Translations under genes and position numbers: made by a program
In this document: positions 9,135-18,751 of the stretch, in pieces
Numbering within the stretch: position 1 is the stretch's first letter
How the letters are laid out: every line of letters begins with the position of its first letter
Origin: an uncultured Clostridia bacterium
Lineage (GTDB): Bacteria > Bacillota > Clostridia > Christensenellales > Pumilibacteraceae
Reading direction: 5' to 3'
Assembly: GCA_944363615.1 (NCBI GenBank)
Contig: CALVUQ010000001.1
Coordinates: forward strand, 44,691 to 108,690
Length of the DNA: 64,000 bases
The notes under the pieces: model-generated
The model's input: only the letters and a program-made list of their open reading frames with translations
Database searches by the model: none
What the model was told of the DNA's origin: nothing

Positions 9135-9386
9135 ATGAAAGAAAGTATAAAAGCAAGGACACTTACAGAGGCGGAATACATAGTAAAAACAAAAGCAACC
9201 GTAAGGGATACCGCAAAAACTTTCGAAGTCAGCAAAAGCACCGTACATAAGGACGTTTCCGAACGTCTGAAACACATAGATATTTCCCTCTACCGCGAAG
9301 TGAAAAAAATACTCGACTTCAATCTTTCGGAGCGTCACTTGCGCGGCGGAAAGGCCACAAAGGAAAAATACGCGAAAAAACAGTAA
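9135..9386 (+). CDS. spoIIID: sporulation transcriptional regulator SpoIIID
   Basis: 83 aa. The sequence ATVRDTAKTFEVSKSTVHKDVSERL...LSERHLRGGKATKEKY is characteristic of SpoIIID. Confidence 0.9.
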   Translation: MKESIKARTLTEAEYIVKTKATVRDTAKTFEVSKSTVHKDVSERLKHIDISLYREVKKILDFNLSERHLRGGKATKEKYAKKQ

Positions 9387-9410
9387 TGCGTCTTATTGCG
9401 CCCGAAATAA

Positions 9411-9451
9411 AAGCGCCGCTTGGAAAAAATCTTTCAAGCGGCGTTTTTTTA
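9411..9451 (+). terminator. rho-independent terminator of spoIIID
   Basis: 9-bp stem cgccgcttg / caagcggcg followed by a T7 run. Confidence 0.75.
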
Positions 9452-9595
9452 TGCGGCGCACTGTATTTTATTGCGTGACTACCGTGGATACACGCTTTCA
9501 TGGAAATTTAACGCGCTTTTTCTTACGGCAATAGCTGAAAATCCTATTTTTACGTAAAAGTTGTTTTCTTAAAGCGCAAAGAGGGCGAAAGGAAA

Positions 9596-9624
9596 TTGAT
9601 TTTTTGCGCGAATGGTGTTACAAT
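9596..9624 (+). promoter_or_regulatory. sigma-A type promoter upstream of ptsI
   Basis: TTGATT, 17-nt spacer, TACAAT, with a TG extended -10. Confidence 0.55.
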
Positions 9625-9694
9625 AAAACAGGTCGGTCTTCATGACGGAAAAAGACGTAAATATCAACGACAGTGTTTAAAGAGGGATAATCTT

Positions 9695-11335
9695 ATGATT
9701 ACGTTTGAAGGAAAGGGCGTTTACGGCGCGCTGGCATTAGGTAAAGTTTCGATTTTTAAACGCGGAGAAGAACCCGTAAGGCGCATCCGCGTATCCGACC
9801 CCGAAGCGGAAAAAAAGCGGTTTGTCGCCGCCAAGGAAAAAGCCAAAGCTCAGCTTGACGCCGTTTATGAAAAAGCGCTTAAAGAAGTGGGCGAAACAAA
9901 CGCTCAGATTTTTGAGATTCATAAAATGATGCTGGACGACGATGATTTTAACGATGCCGTTTTCGGCACCATAGAGTCGCAAAGCGTCAATGCGGAATAC
10001 GCCGTGGCGGTCACCGCGGACAACTTTTCCGCCATGTTTGCCGCAATGGACGACGGATACATGCAGGCCCGCGCCGCCGACGTAAAGGACATATCGGACA
10101 GGCTTATTGCCTGCCTTAAGGATAAAAAAGACGAAAAGACTTCTGACGAGCCCGTCATTATCTGCGCGGACGATCTTGCGCCCAGCGAAACGGTGTCTTT
10201 GGATAAGGACAAGGTGCTTGCTTTCGTCACCGCTCACGGCTCGGTCAACTCGCACACCGCCATACTTGCGCGCACAATGAATATTCCCGCCGTCATTGGC
10301 GCGGGGGACGAATTCCTGTCCGCGATAAAAGACGGCGACGTGGCGTTTGTGGACGGATATTCGGGCAAGATAATTGTTGACCCGGACGAAAAAACGGTTG
10401 AAGACGCGAAAAAACGCATAGCCGAAGACAAGGAAAAGAAAAGGCTTCTGCAGGAGCTTAAAGGCAAAGAAAACGTCACCAAAGACGGCAAAAAGATTAA
10501 CGTTTTCGCCAACATCGGCAGTATTGACAACATAGGCGCGGTTTTACTTAACGACGCGGGCGGTATCGGGCTTTTCAGAAGCGAATTCCTTTACCTTGAG
10601 AAAAACGACTACCCTACCGAGGAGGAGCAGTTTGCAGCCTACAAACGCGTACTTGAAAGCATGGCGGGCAAAAAAGTTATCATACGCACGCTTGACATAG
10701 GCGCTGACAAGCAAGTCGCATACTTTAATCTTCCGCATGAGGAGAATCCCGCTTTGGGAATGCGCGCAATAAGAATTTGCCTGACGCGGCCCGAATTGTT
10801 CCGTACCCAGCTTCGTGCGCTTTACCGCGCGTCCGAATACGGAACCTTAGGAATTATGTTTCCCATGATAACAAGCGTCGAAGAAGTCACTGAGATACTG
10901 GAAGCTTGCCGCGGAGCAAAAGAAAGTCTTAAAGCGGACGGATTGACTTACTCGGAAAACGTGGAAACGGGAATCATGATAGAAACGCCCGCCGCCGCGC
11001 TTATCAGCGACAAACTTGCGCCTCTTGTGGACTTTTTCAGCGTGGGCACAAACGATCTTACGCAATATACCCTTGCCTGCGACAGGCAGAACCCCGCGCT
11101 TGATCGCTTTTGCGACACTCATCACGAGGCGGTGCTTAAACTTATACAAATGTCTGCGGAAAACGCGCACAAATACGGCAAATGGATAGGCATCTGCGGA
11201 GAGCTTGCCGCGGATACAACGCTTACCGAAACGTTTTTGCGCATGGGAATAGACGAGCTTTCCGTCTCCCCCTCGTATGTGCTTAAAGTGCGCGAAGCGG
11301 TAAGAAACGCCGATTTGTCCAAAGAAAAAGCCTGA
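9695..11335 (+). CDS. ptsI: phosphoenolpyruvate-protein phosphotransferase (PTS enzyme I)
   Basis: Contains GSVNSHTAILARTMNIPAV (phospho-His site) and a PEP-utilising C-terminal domain. ATG at 9695 is preceded by agaggg; the longer ORF-track start adds 33 non-conserved residues. Confidence 0.9.
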   Translation: MITFEGKGVYGALALGKVSIFKRGEEPVRRIRVSDPEAEKKRFVAAKEKAKAQLDAVYEKALKEVGETNAQIFEIHKMMLDDDDFNDAVFGTIESQSVNAEYAVAVTADNFSAMFAAMDDGYMQARAADVKDISDRLIACLKDKKDEKTSDEPVIICADDLAPSETVSLDKDKVLAFVTAHGSVNSHTAILARTMNIPAVIGAGDEFLSAIKDGDVAFVDGYSGKIIVDPDEKTVEDAKKRIAEDKEKKRLLQELKGKENVTKDGKKINVFANIGSIDNIGAVLLNDAGGIGLFRSEFLYLEKNDYPTEEEQFAAYKRVLESMAGKKVIIRTLDIGADKQVAYFNLPHEENPALGMRAIRICLTRPELFRTQLRALYRASEYGTLGIMFPMITSVEEVTEILEACRGAKESLKADGLTYSENVETGIMIETPAAALISDKLAPLVDFFSVGTNDLTQYTLACDRQNPALDRFCDTHHEAVLKLIQMSAENAHKYGKWIGICGELAADTTLTETFLRMGIDELSVSPSYVLKVREAVRNADLSKEKA

Positions 11336-11563
11336 TTACGATAACCCCTGCCCTTTTACGCAAACTGATTCCGATTTTCCTACGCATTGACAATGCCCGT
11401 CTAAATACACGGAATATAATACGATCAAATCGTTGCGTTTAAGATCGCCGTAAAAGCGGAAACAGACGGAAATGCCGAAGGAAATGCCGCTTCCAAAGGT
11501 GCGGGCTTAAAAAAATTAAAACAAAACGTCGGCGCACGGAAAAAAACAACTTCATAGAAATAT

Positions 11564-11610
11564 GAAAAAAGAGCCTGAGACATATTGTCTTAAGCTCTTT
11601 ACTTTTTTCC
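11564..11610. terminator. bidirectional terminator between ptsI and spoVG
   Basis: Imperfect hairpin agagcctgagaca / tgtcttaagctct flanked by an A6 run and a T6 run. Confidence 0.5.
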
Positions 11611-11680
11611 GCTGTAAAGTACGGCAGCGTTTTCCGATTACGCCGCCAATACGCAATTCGCTATTCCGCAATTAGATTTT

Positions 11681-11968
11681 TCAGACCTGATGCTCGTCGA
11701 TGGCGACCTGAGATTTAACTTTTTCAAACTCCTCCAGAACGACTTTTTTAAGCATTTCTCTGGTTTCGGTGTTAAGCGGATGCACAATGTCCTTATACTC
11801 TCCGTCAGGAGTCTTTTTGCTGGGCATGGCGATAAAGAAGTCGTCGCTTCCCTCTAAGATTTTGACGTCGTGCACAACGAAACAATTGTCGATGGTGATC
11901 GATGCAACGGCTTTAAGTTTACCCTCGTCTTTTTTAACAAGTCTTACGCGTACTTCGCTAATGTTCAT
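11681..11968 (-). CDS. spoVG: septation/sporulation protein SpoVG
   Basis: [35 protein letters not shown]...[22 protein letters not shown] is the canonical SpoVG sequence. Confidence 0.95.
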   Translation of the reverse strand: MNISEVRVRLVKKDEGKLKAVASITIDNCFVVHDVKILEGSDDFFIAMPSKKTPDGEYKDIVHPLNTETREMLKKVVLEEFEKVKSQVAIDEHQV

Positions 11969-12127
11969 ATTTTACCCCTTTAAACGTAGCAGATTTTATA
12001 GGTGTTACCTACCGATTTGAGTATATTTTACAATATTTAATAAACTTTGGCAAGTATTTTTACAAAATTTTTAATTTTTTTGCTCAAAATGCATAAAAAA
12101 CGACCAAAAACCGATACTAAACGAGCT

Positions 12128-12268
12128 ATGAAATGTACTAATTGCGGAAAAGAACTCAGTATAGACGAAGCAAGACACTGCACCACCTGCGGCAACGATT
12201 ACTGTCCGGAGTGCGCAAGGCTTTTAGGCTTTTGCAATTGTCTTGGCGACATTGTGCCTTACAACTGA
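12128..12268 (+). CDS. small cysteine-rich (zinc-ribbon-like) protein, 46 aa
   Basis: MKCTNCGKEL..CTTCGNDYCPECARLLGFCNC has eight Cys in CxxC pairs. No clear SD, so the start is uncertain. Confidence 0.4.
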   Translation: MKCTNCGKELSIDEARHCTTCGNDYCPECARLLGFCNCLGDIVPYN

Positions 12269-12305
12269 AAGGGACAAAAGAAAATACGCCCGTTTCACTG
12301 TCGAA

Positions 12306-12338
12306 GCGTTTTAAAGTCCCGGACTTTAAGGCGTTTTA
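12306..12338. terminator. palindromic hairpin between convergent genes
   Basis: ttaaagtcc c ggactttaa (9-bp arms) followed by gcgtttt. Confidence 0.4.
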
Positions 12339-12368
12339 TGTGACCGATTGCGAAACAGACGTATTACG

Positions 12369-14225
12369 TTATTTTTTAAGGTTGACAATCAAAACATTGA
12401 CGTCCGCGGGTGTAACCCCGCTTATACGTGCCGCTTGTCCTATGGACAGCGGTTTTATTTTATTCAGTTTTTCGGCGGCTTCCAGTCTTAAGCCCTTGAT
12501 CGTACGGTAATCGACGTCGTCGGGAAGCGAAGCGTTTTCAAGACGTTTTTGTTCCGCTCGCGTTTTTTCCGCTCTTCCCAGATACCCCGAATACTTGACT
12601 TCCACGAAAAGCTGCTGAAGAGCGGACTTGTCTGTTCCGTCGAAAATATCCGAATATTTTGCAAAAACTCCGGGAGTTATCAAGGGTCTTTTTATTACCG
12701 ATTCCACAGTGTAACCCGTGACAGGAGGCTGCTCGCCCGCCGCGGCGAACATTTCGGTAAGCGCTTTAGGCGGCATTACTGTATTCAATTTCTCACGCGC
12801 TTTATCAAGCGACTTTACCTTTTTAAGATAAGCTTTCCAGCGTCTGTCGGTGACAAGGCCCGCCTGCCTTCCTATGGGGGTAAGTCTTAAGTCCGCGTTG
12901 TCCTGCCTTAATGACAGACGGAATTCCGCGCGGGAAGTCATCATGCGATAAGGCTCGTCCGTGCCGACGGTCACAAGGTCGTCGATAAGCACGCCTATAT
13001 AGGAGTTGTCGCGCGTAAGCACCACGGGGTTTTTGCCGGACAGGAACATGGCGGCGTTTATGCCCGCAACTATTCCCTGCGCGGCTGCCTCCTCATATCC
13101 GCTTGTGCCGTTAATCTGGCCCGCGAAAAACAGTCCCTTGATTTTTTTGTGCATAAGAGTGGGAAACAGCTCGAGAGGGTTTATGCAGTCGTATTCTATG
13201 GCGTAAGCGTCGCGCATTATTTCCAGGTGTTCAAAGCCCTTGATGCTGCGATACATGTCCAGCTGTACGAAAACGGGCAACGACGTGGAAAGTCCCTGCA
13301 CGTACATTTCCTCCGTTCCCTCCCCTTCGGGTTCGAGAAAAAACTGATGACGGCTTTTATCGGCAAAACGCACTATTTTATCCTCTATCGAGGGGCAGTA
13401 GCGCGCGCCGGTGCCGTGAATCAGTCCCGAATATTTGGGCGCAAGCGAAAGATTTTCGCGTATGATTTCATGAGTTTTTTCGTTGGTGTAGCCTAAGTAA
13501 CAGCAGCGCTTTTTTGCGTTGACCTTTTTTGACAGAGCGGAAAAGGAGTAAATGTCCTCCTCTCCTTCCTGCACTTCAAGCGCGGAAAAGTCCACCGAAG
13601 AGCGCTTTACGCGGGCGGGAGTGCCCGTTTTAAAACGCCTTACCTCTATTCCCAGCGCTTTAAGACTGTCCGAAAGGTGGTTTGCGCGGTTGAAGCAGAC
13701 GGGGCCTTTGGGCTCGATGACGTCGCCCACGATAATGGTGGATTTGAGATACACGCCGCACGCAAGCACTACGACGGGCGCGTAATACTCCATTTTATAA
13801 ACCGTTCTTACGCCTTTAACCGTGTCGTTTTCCACGATAAGGTCGCTTACTTCGCCCTGCCTCAAATGAATTTTGGGGTGCTTTTCCAGCACGGACTTCA
13901 TGTATTCGTGATACTTGTACTTATCTACCTGGGCACGAAGCGAATGGACTGCCGCGCCTTTGGAGCGGTTTAACATCCGCAGCTGCGTAAGCGTTTTGTC
14001 CGCCGCAATTCCCATTTCGCCGCCCAAAGCGTCCACCTCGCGCACGAGATGGCCTTTCGCCGTGCCGCCGATACTGGGATTGCATGCAAGATATGCCACA
14101 TTGTCCAAAGTAATGGAAAGCACAAGCGTTTCATGTCCTAAACGCGCAAGAGCAAGTCCCGCCTCCACTCCGGCGTGACCTGCCCCCACGACAATTGCGT
14201 CATAACAGCATTTATTTGTTGACAT
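12369..14225 (-). CDS. mnmG: tRNA uridine 5-carboxymethylaminomethyl modification enzyme MnmG (GidA)
   Basis: YDAIVVGAGHAGVEA FAD motif. 618 aa with MnmG family conservation throughout. Confidence 0.95.
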   Translation of the reverse strand: MSTNKCCYDAIVVGAGHAGVEAGLALARLGHETLVLSITLDNVAYLACNPSIGGTAKGHLVREVDALGGEMGIAADKTLTQLRMLNRSKGAAVHSLRAQVDKYKYHEYMKSVLEKHPKIHLRQGEVSDLIVENDTVKGVRTVYKMEYYAPVVVLACGVYLKSTIIVGDVIEPKGPVCFNRANHLSDSLKALGIEVRRFKTGTPARVKRSSVDFSALEVQEGEEDIYSFSALSKKVNAKKRCCYLGYTNEKTHEIIRENLSLAPKYSGLIHGTGARYCPSIEDKIVRFADKSRHQFFLEPEGEGTEEMYVQGLSTSLPVFVQLDMYRSIKGFEHLEIMRDAYAIEYDCINPLELFPTLMHKKIKGLFFAGQINGTSGYEEAAAQGIVAGINAAMFLSGKNPVVLTRDNSYIGVLIDDLVTVGTDEPYRMMTSRAEFRLSLRQDNADLRLTPIGRQAGLVTDRRWKAYLKKVKSLDKAREKLNTVMPPKALTEMFAAAGEQPPVTGYTVESVIKRPLITPGVFAKYSDIFDGTDKSALQQLFVEVKYSGYLGRAEKTRAEQKRLENASLPDDVDYRTIKGLRLEAAEKLNKIKPLSIGQAARISGVTPADVNVLIVNLKK

Positions 14226-14250
14226 ACTTTAAATCTTGATATTTCACCGA

Positions 14251-15474
14251 TTAACGGTTTCTTACGTCCGCCCACTTAACGCTTATTGCGGCGTCACGGT
14301 CGCCGAAGTCGCGCATTGTTCCGCAGCGCTTAAGAGTTTCAGCGGAGGGGAACAACGTGTCGATATACATGTCGCGCCACTCCTGTCCGCTGGTCTCCGC
14401 GTAGGAAGTGTCGGCGGTATATTCCTCGTAAAGCTGGTAGTAAGCTTCTTTGACGGGGCTTATCGCGCCTGCGTACTCGCTGTTTTTAAGCGCGGTTTCC
14501 TTAAGGCAAAGGAACTTGAGGAAGTAATTGGCAGCCTCGGTATTCTTGGCGTATTTGGAAATCACGAAGGAATCGAGATAAATGTTTCCGCCCTCTTTGG
14601 GTACGACGTACCACATGTTGCGGTTACCCTCGTGCTCCACTCCGTCGTCGTCCTCGTAATCGTTCATGACGTAACCAGCGTCGCAGGACCACATAAGCGC
14701 GACTTCGACGTTGGTGTTGTTTGCCGCCATGTCGAACTTAAGGCTTTCGCCGCCCCAGATTGCCGAATAGGAACGCATTTCACCCAGCACGGAAACTGCG
14801 TTGTCGATGGCCGTGTCCGAGAAATCCTCATAAATGCTTTGAAGTTTTGCCTGATATTCCGCCCCGTAGGAGGTGAAACCGTTGCTGAGCGAGGAAAGCT
14901 CTTCACGGTTATACCAGATTGCGGCGGAGGTAATAGCCTCTCTCAACGAATCCTTGTTGGCGCTTTTCTGGTCGTATTCGTCGGTGAAAATCGCGGACCA
15001 GCTGTCGATGTGCTTACCCGTCTTGGAATAATCGTACATGATTCCGAAGGTGCCGTACATATAGGGTACCGAATATTCAAGCGTGGGGTCGGATATCTTT
15101 GCGCGGTCAACGTATTCTTCTTTCATTACGCTTTCGACGTCGATAATGTTTTTATCCACTTTGACCAGCAGATCTTTTTTGATAAGCTGCTCCACCGCGT
15201 AATCGGAGGGAAGCAGAAGATCGTAGTCGGCGTGGTCGCGCTCTACGGCGGTCATGATCTCTTCCACCGCGTCAAACGTGGTGGGCGTGACGACTTCCAC
15301 GGTTTTGCCGGTCTGCTCGTTGTACCAGGTTTCGAACTCGTCGAAAATTTCCTCGTCGATGTATTCGCCGGGAATGTACATCTTAAGCTGAGTACTGCGG
15401 TCAGAGCACCCGGTAAGAGCGGCGACGGGAAAAGCAAGCATGACTGCAAGCAAAAGGGTAAGAATCTTTTTCAT
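14251..15474 (-). CDS. potD: ABC transporter substrate-binding lipoprotein (spermidine/putrescine PotD-type)
   Basis: Signal peptide with lipobox LTGC. Last gene of a potABCD-like operon. SD aaggag. Confidence 0.75.
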   Translation of the reverse strand: MKKILTLLLAVMLAFPVAALTGCSDRSTQLKMYIPGEYIDEEIFDEFETWYNEQTGKTVEVVTPTTFDAVEEIMTAVERDHADYDLLLPSDYAVEQLIKKDLLVKVDKNIIDVESVMKEEYVDRAKISDPTLEYSVPYMYGTFGIMYDYSKTGKHIDSWSAIFTDEYDQKSANKDSLREAITSAAIWYNREELSSLSNGFTSYGAEYQAKLQSIYEDFSDTAIDNAVSVLGEMRSYSAIWGGESLKFDMAANNTNVEVALMWSCDAGYVMNDYEDDDGVEHEGNRNMWYVVPKEGGNIYLDSFVISKYAKNTEAANYFLKFLCLKETALKNSEYAGAISPVKEAYYQLYEEYTADTSYAETSGQEWRDMYIDTLFPSAETLKRCGTMRDFGDRDAAISVKWADVRNR

Positions 15475-15613
15475 TGTTTTTCTCCTTTATATAAAAAATT
15501 GTGAACTGTGTTTCGGGCAAAGCGGTTTTATGTGAAAACGGCTTTGCGGATTTGATTTCAGATGCGCCTTTGACCGACTTCCGTTTTTAATTAAAAATAA
15601 GCGGAACAAAATC

Positions 15614-16453
15614 TTAAGCCGAGGTGTGCTGCTGGGCGGATAACTTTTTTTGCTTTGCGCGCTTGACTATGTTGAAGATAATCATTACGGCAAGCACGGT
15701 TACGAACAGGATGGTACTGAGCGCACGAATCGCGGGGTCGAGGTCGCGTCTTAAGCTGGCGTAAACGAAAGTGGAAACGGTATTTACTCCGTTTGTGCCC
15801 TTGTTGAGGTTAGTCACCACAAAGTCGTCGAGAGAAAGCGTGAACGCAAGCGCAAAGCCCGAAATCATGCCGCCGATAAGCTGAGGAAGAATTACGGTGA
15901 AAAGACTGCGCATAGGGCCCGCGCCGAGATCCAGACCCGCCTCGTAAAGATTGGGGTTAAGCTGGTTAAGCCTGGGACTTACGGTCAGAATAACGTAAGG
16001 CGTGGTGATAATCGTATGCGCGAGTATCAGCCAGCCCACTCCTTTCTGGACGGGTATCATCACGACGTCTCTCAAAAAAATGGAGAGAAGGAAAAATCCG
16101 ACTGCGGTTACGATTTCGGCGTTTACTACCGTGATTTCCGACACGAAGTTAACTGCTTTTTTACCGCGTTTCATGTAATACAGCCCCACCGAAGTAAAGG
16201 TGCCCAGAAACGTGGCAAGTAAGGCGGATACAACTCCTATCACCAGCGTGTTAATCGTCGCCTGCATAAGCTGCTTATTGGTAAACAGGCGGGCATACAG
16301 CGAAAAGGTAAAGGAGCCGAAGCCGTTTTCGCCGCCGATGTTTTTCTCTGCGGAGAAAGAATACAGGATTATAAGCGCGATGGGCAGATAAATGCACGCA
16401 AGCACGATTATCAGGAACAGCCATCTTAAGACGAGAGAAAGCGTTTTTTTCAT
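15614..16453 (-). CDS. potC: ABC transporter permease (PotC-type)
   Basis: Six-TM MetI-like permease with an EAA-type loop (YEAGLDLGAGPMRSLFTVILP). Start overlaps the potB stop. Confidence 0.8.
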   Translation of the reverse strand: MKKTLSLVLRWLFLIIVLACIYLPIALIILYSFSAEKNIGGENGFGSFTFSLYARLFTNKQLMQATINTLVIGVVSALLATFLGTFTSVGLYYMKRGKKAVNFVSEITVVNAEIVTAVGFFLLSIFLRDVVMIPVQKGVGWLILAHTIITTPYVILTVSPRLNQLNPNLYEAGLDLGAGPMRSLFTVILPQLIGGMISGFALAFTLSLDDFVVTNLNKGTNGVNTVSTFVYASLRRDLDPAIRALSTILFVTVLAVMIIFNIVKRAKQKKLSAQQHTSA

Positions 16454-17265
16454 TGCGCAACCCCTCCCTTTGTCGAAGCCGAGGGCTTGCTTTTAGGCGC
16501 CCGCGCCGTAATGAAATTACTTATGAACATGGTAAGAAACACCAGTATCAGCAATACGAAGGACAGCGCGGAACCCACTCCCCAAGTGCTTGTGGTGGTA
16601 AAAAGGCCGTTTATCTTGCCGCCGATGACGTTGGTGGACGCGTCGCCCAGCATACCGGTAATCGCATAGGCGCTGAACACGGGCATAAACACCATTGTTA
16701 TGCCGCTGACCACGCCGCCCATGGAAAGCGGAAGAGTGACTTTGAAAAAAGTGACCGCTCCGTTTGCGCCAAGGTCCGCGGACGCCTCCTTATAGCTTTT
16801 GTCCATATTGGTAAGAACGGTGTAAATGGGCAGCAGCATAAAGGGCAGAAAGTCGTACACCATGCCGATCATGGTTGCCAGGAATCCGTAATCGACGCCC
16901 AGCATGAACAACAGCGATTTAAGCGCGATAACCCTTAAAACGAAGTTCATCCACATGGGGATAATGAACAGAAGCGCCAGCACTACGTAACGGTTAAACG
17001 GCGCGGAAGCCAGCACCATGGCGGTGGGATAAGCGATAAGCAGGCAAATGACGGTGGTAAGCGCGGCAATGCCTATCGTCTTAAGCAAAAGCGTGAGATT
17101 GCTGCTTTGGGTAAACACCAGCTTGAAATTTTCGAACGTGAAGCTGCCGTCTGAGCCTATAAACGCGTAAATAAGCACCAGAATCAGCGGGAAAACCACG
17201 AAAATTGCGCATATGACCACGTAAGGCAACGCGAAAAACGCGGGACGAAAACTAATTTTCTTCAT
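16450..17265 (-). CDS. potB: ABC transporter permease (PotB-type)
   Basis: EAA loop KEASADLGANGAVTFFKVTLP. ATG at 17265 is preceded by gaggagg. Confidence 0.8.
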   Translation of the reverse strand: MKKISFRPAFFALPYVVICAIFVVFPLILVLIYAFIGSDGSFTFENFKLVFTQSSNLTLLLKTIGIAALTTVICLLIAYPTAMVLASAPFNRYVVLALLFIIPMWMNFVLRVIALKSLLFMLGVDYGFLATMIGMVYDFLPFMLLPIYTVLTNMDKSYKEASADLGANGAVTFFKVTLPLSMGGVVSGITMVFMPVFSAYAITGMLGDASTNVIGGKINGLFTTTSTWGVGSALSFVLLILVFLTMFISNFITARAPKSKPSASTKGGVAQ

Positions 17266-18733
17266 TTTCCGCCTCCTCGGCAAGGGGCTCCGCCTTTATT
17301 TTGGCGGGGTCAAGCCTGACGCCCACGCGGTCGCCGATGTCCCACTCGTCGGTGGTATCGATGTAGAAGTCCTCGTCGGTGTCGGTGTAAATCTGCACCT
17401 GATAATATGTTCCCTTATAAAGAGTCTGGGTGACAAAGGCGCCGATCACACCGTCGCTTTCGTCGTCGGTAAGCTCCACCCCGTCGAAGCCGACGGAAAC
17501 TTTTACCGCTGTCCCCTTCTCGAGTCCGTCTTTATTGTCGAACTCGAACGTTCCGCCGCAGATGTCCACGGTGTTTTCGCCGCTGACTTCGCCTTTGAAC
17601 TCGTTAATCGTCCTGAGCTTTTTCATAATGTGTATGCCGTCGGGTTTGATGCCCAGCCTTACGTTTGCGCCCGGCTTAGCCTCGGTAGTGGACTGAACGG
17701 TGAATTCGTAACCGTTAGCTTCCACCTCCATTTCGTACCAGGTGCCTTTGAAGACGGCGGTAAGCACTTTGCCCGAAAGCTGACCTTTGCCCGAATCAGC
17801 CGCATAAATCTTGATGTCTTCGGGGCGCACCACAAGGTCGACGGGTTCGTTTTTATCGAAGCCCTTATCCTCGCACTCGAAAACCGTGTCCAGAAATTTA
17901 ACGGAAAAATCCTTTACCATTACGCCCGAAAGAATGTTGCTTTCGCCTATAAAGTCCGCAACGAAAGCGTTTGCCGGCTCGTCATACACTTTTTTCGGGG
18001 TGCCGATCTGCTGAATTACGCCGTCGTTGATGACCACTACCACGTCCGACATGGTAAGCGCCTCTTCCTGGTCGTGCGTGACGTAAACGAACGTGATGCC
18101 CAATTCCTTGTGCATCTTCATAAGCTCGACCTGCATGTCTTTGCGCATTTTAAGGTCCAACGCGCCCAAAGGCTCGTCCAGAAGCAGAACCTTAGGCTCG
18201 CAGACGAGAGCGCGCGCAATAGCCACCCTTTGCTGCTGACCGCCCGAAAGCGAGTTGACGTCGCGGTGACCGTAATCCTCAAGTCCCACCATTTTAAGGG
18301 CGTGATTGACTTTGTCGGCAATCTCCGATTTCGTGAGTTTGCGCGTCTTTTTGACCGTGTTGCCCTTTGCGTCCGTCTTTACGCCGTCGTCCAGTTTTTT
18401 AAGCTTAAGCCCGAAAGCCACGTTTTTGAAAACGTTGAGGTGCGGGAAAAGGGCGTATTTCTGAAACACGGTGTTAACGGGACGGCGATAAGGCGGCATC
18501 TGCGTCACGTCCTGCCCTTCGATAATGATATTACCGCTTGTGGGCAACGTGAATCCCGCAATCATTCTTAAAAGAGTGGTCTTGCCGCAGCCGCTGGGGC
18601 CTAAAAGCGTGACGAATTGTCCGCGGCGAATGGACAGATTGATGTCGTCGATGACGGTGACGTCGTCGAAAACCTTGGTTACGTTTTTGACTTCGATGAT
18701 TTTATCGAATCTTTGTTCCCTTGTCTCTCTCAT
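17252..18733 (-). CDS. potA: ABC transporter ATP-binding protein (PotA-type, extended)
   Basis: Walker A GPSGCGKTT, signature LSGGQQQRVAIARA, Walker B LLLDEP. At 493 aa it carries a ~20-aa insertion after the Q-loop region and a long TOBE-like C-terminus. Confidence 0.85.
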   Translation of the reverse strand: MRETREQRFDKIIEVKNVTKVFDDVTVIDDINLSIRRGQFVTLLGPSGCGKTTLLRMIAGFTLPTSGNIIIEGQDVTQMPPYRRPVNTVFQKYALFPHLNVFKNVAFGLKLKKLDDGVKTDAKGNTVKKTRKLTKSEIADKVNHALKMVGLEDYGHRDVNSLSGGQQQRVAIARALVCEPKVLLLDEPLGALDLKMRKDMQVELMKMHKELGITFVYVTHDQEEALTMSDVVVVINDGVIQQIGTPKKVYDEPANAFVADFIGESNILSGVMVKDFSVKFLDTVFECEDKGFDKNEPVDLVVRPEDIKIYAADSGKGQLSGKVLTAVFKGTWYEMEVEANGYEFTVQSTTEAKPGANVRLGIKPDGIHIMKKLRTINEFKGEVSGENTVDICGGTFEFDNKDGLEKGTAVKVSVGFDGVELTDDESDGVIGAFVTQTLYKGTYYQVQIYTDTDEDFYIDTTDEWDIGDRVGVRLDPAKIKAEPLAEEAENEEN

Positions 18734-18751
18734 TTGTTTGTATCCTTATTC

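Noticed and set aside
8944-9138. 64-aa ORF immediately upstream of spoIIID.
   Set aside because: It has no SD and an arginine/leucine-rich low-complexity translation. It overlaps the candidate spoIIID promoter and runs into the spoIIID start.
9596-9694. N-terminal extensions suggested by the longest-ORF track for ptsI and also for tex, adk, rpsE, ecfA1, the HTH gene at 715, tspO, the MBL hydrolase, potB and the MDR dehydrogenase.
   Set aside because: In each case an internal ATG is preceded by a good SD and coincides with the conserved N-terminus of the family. The extensions overlap promoters or upstream genes.
11440-11470. TTGACA ... TATAAT pair in the ptsI-spoVG intergenic region as an orphan promoter or sRNA.
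   Set aside because: The spacer between the hexamers is 22 nt, which is too long for a sigma-A promoter. I found no downstream ORF or terminator-delimited unit.
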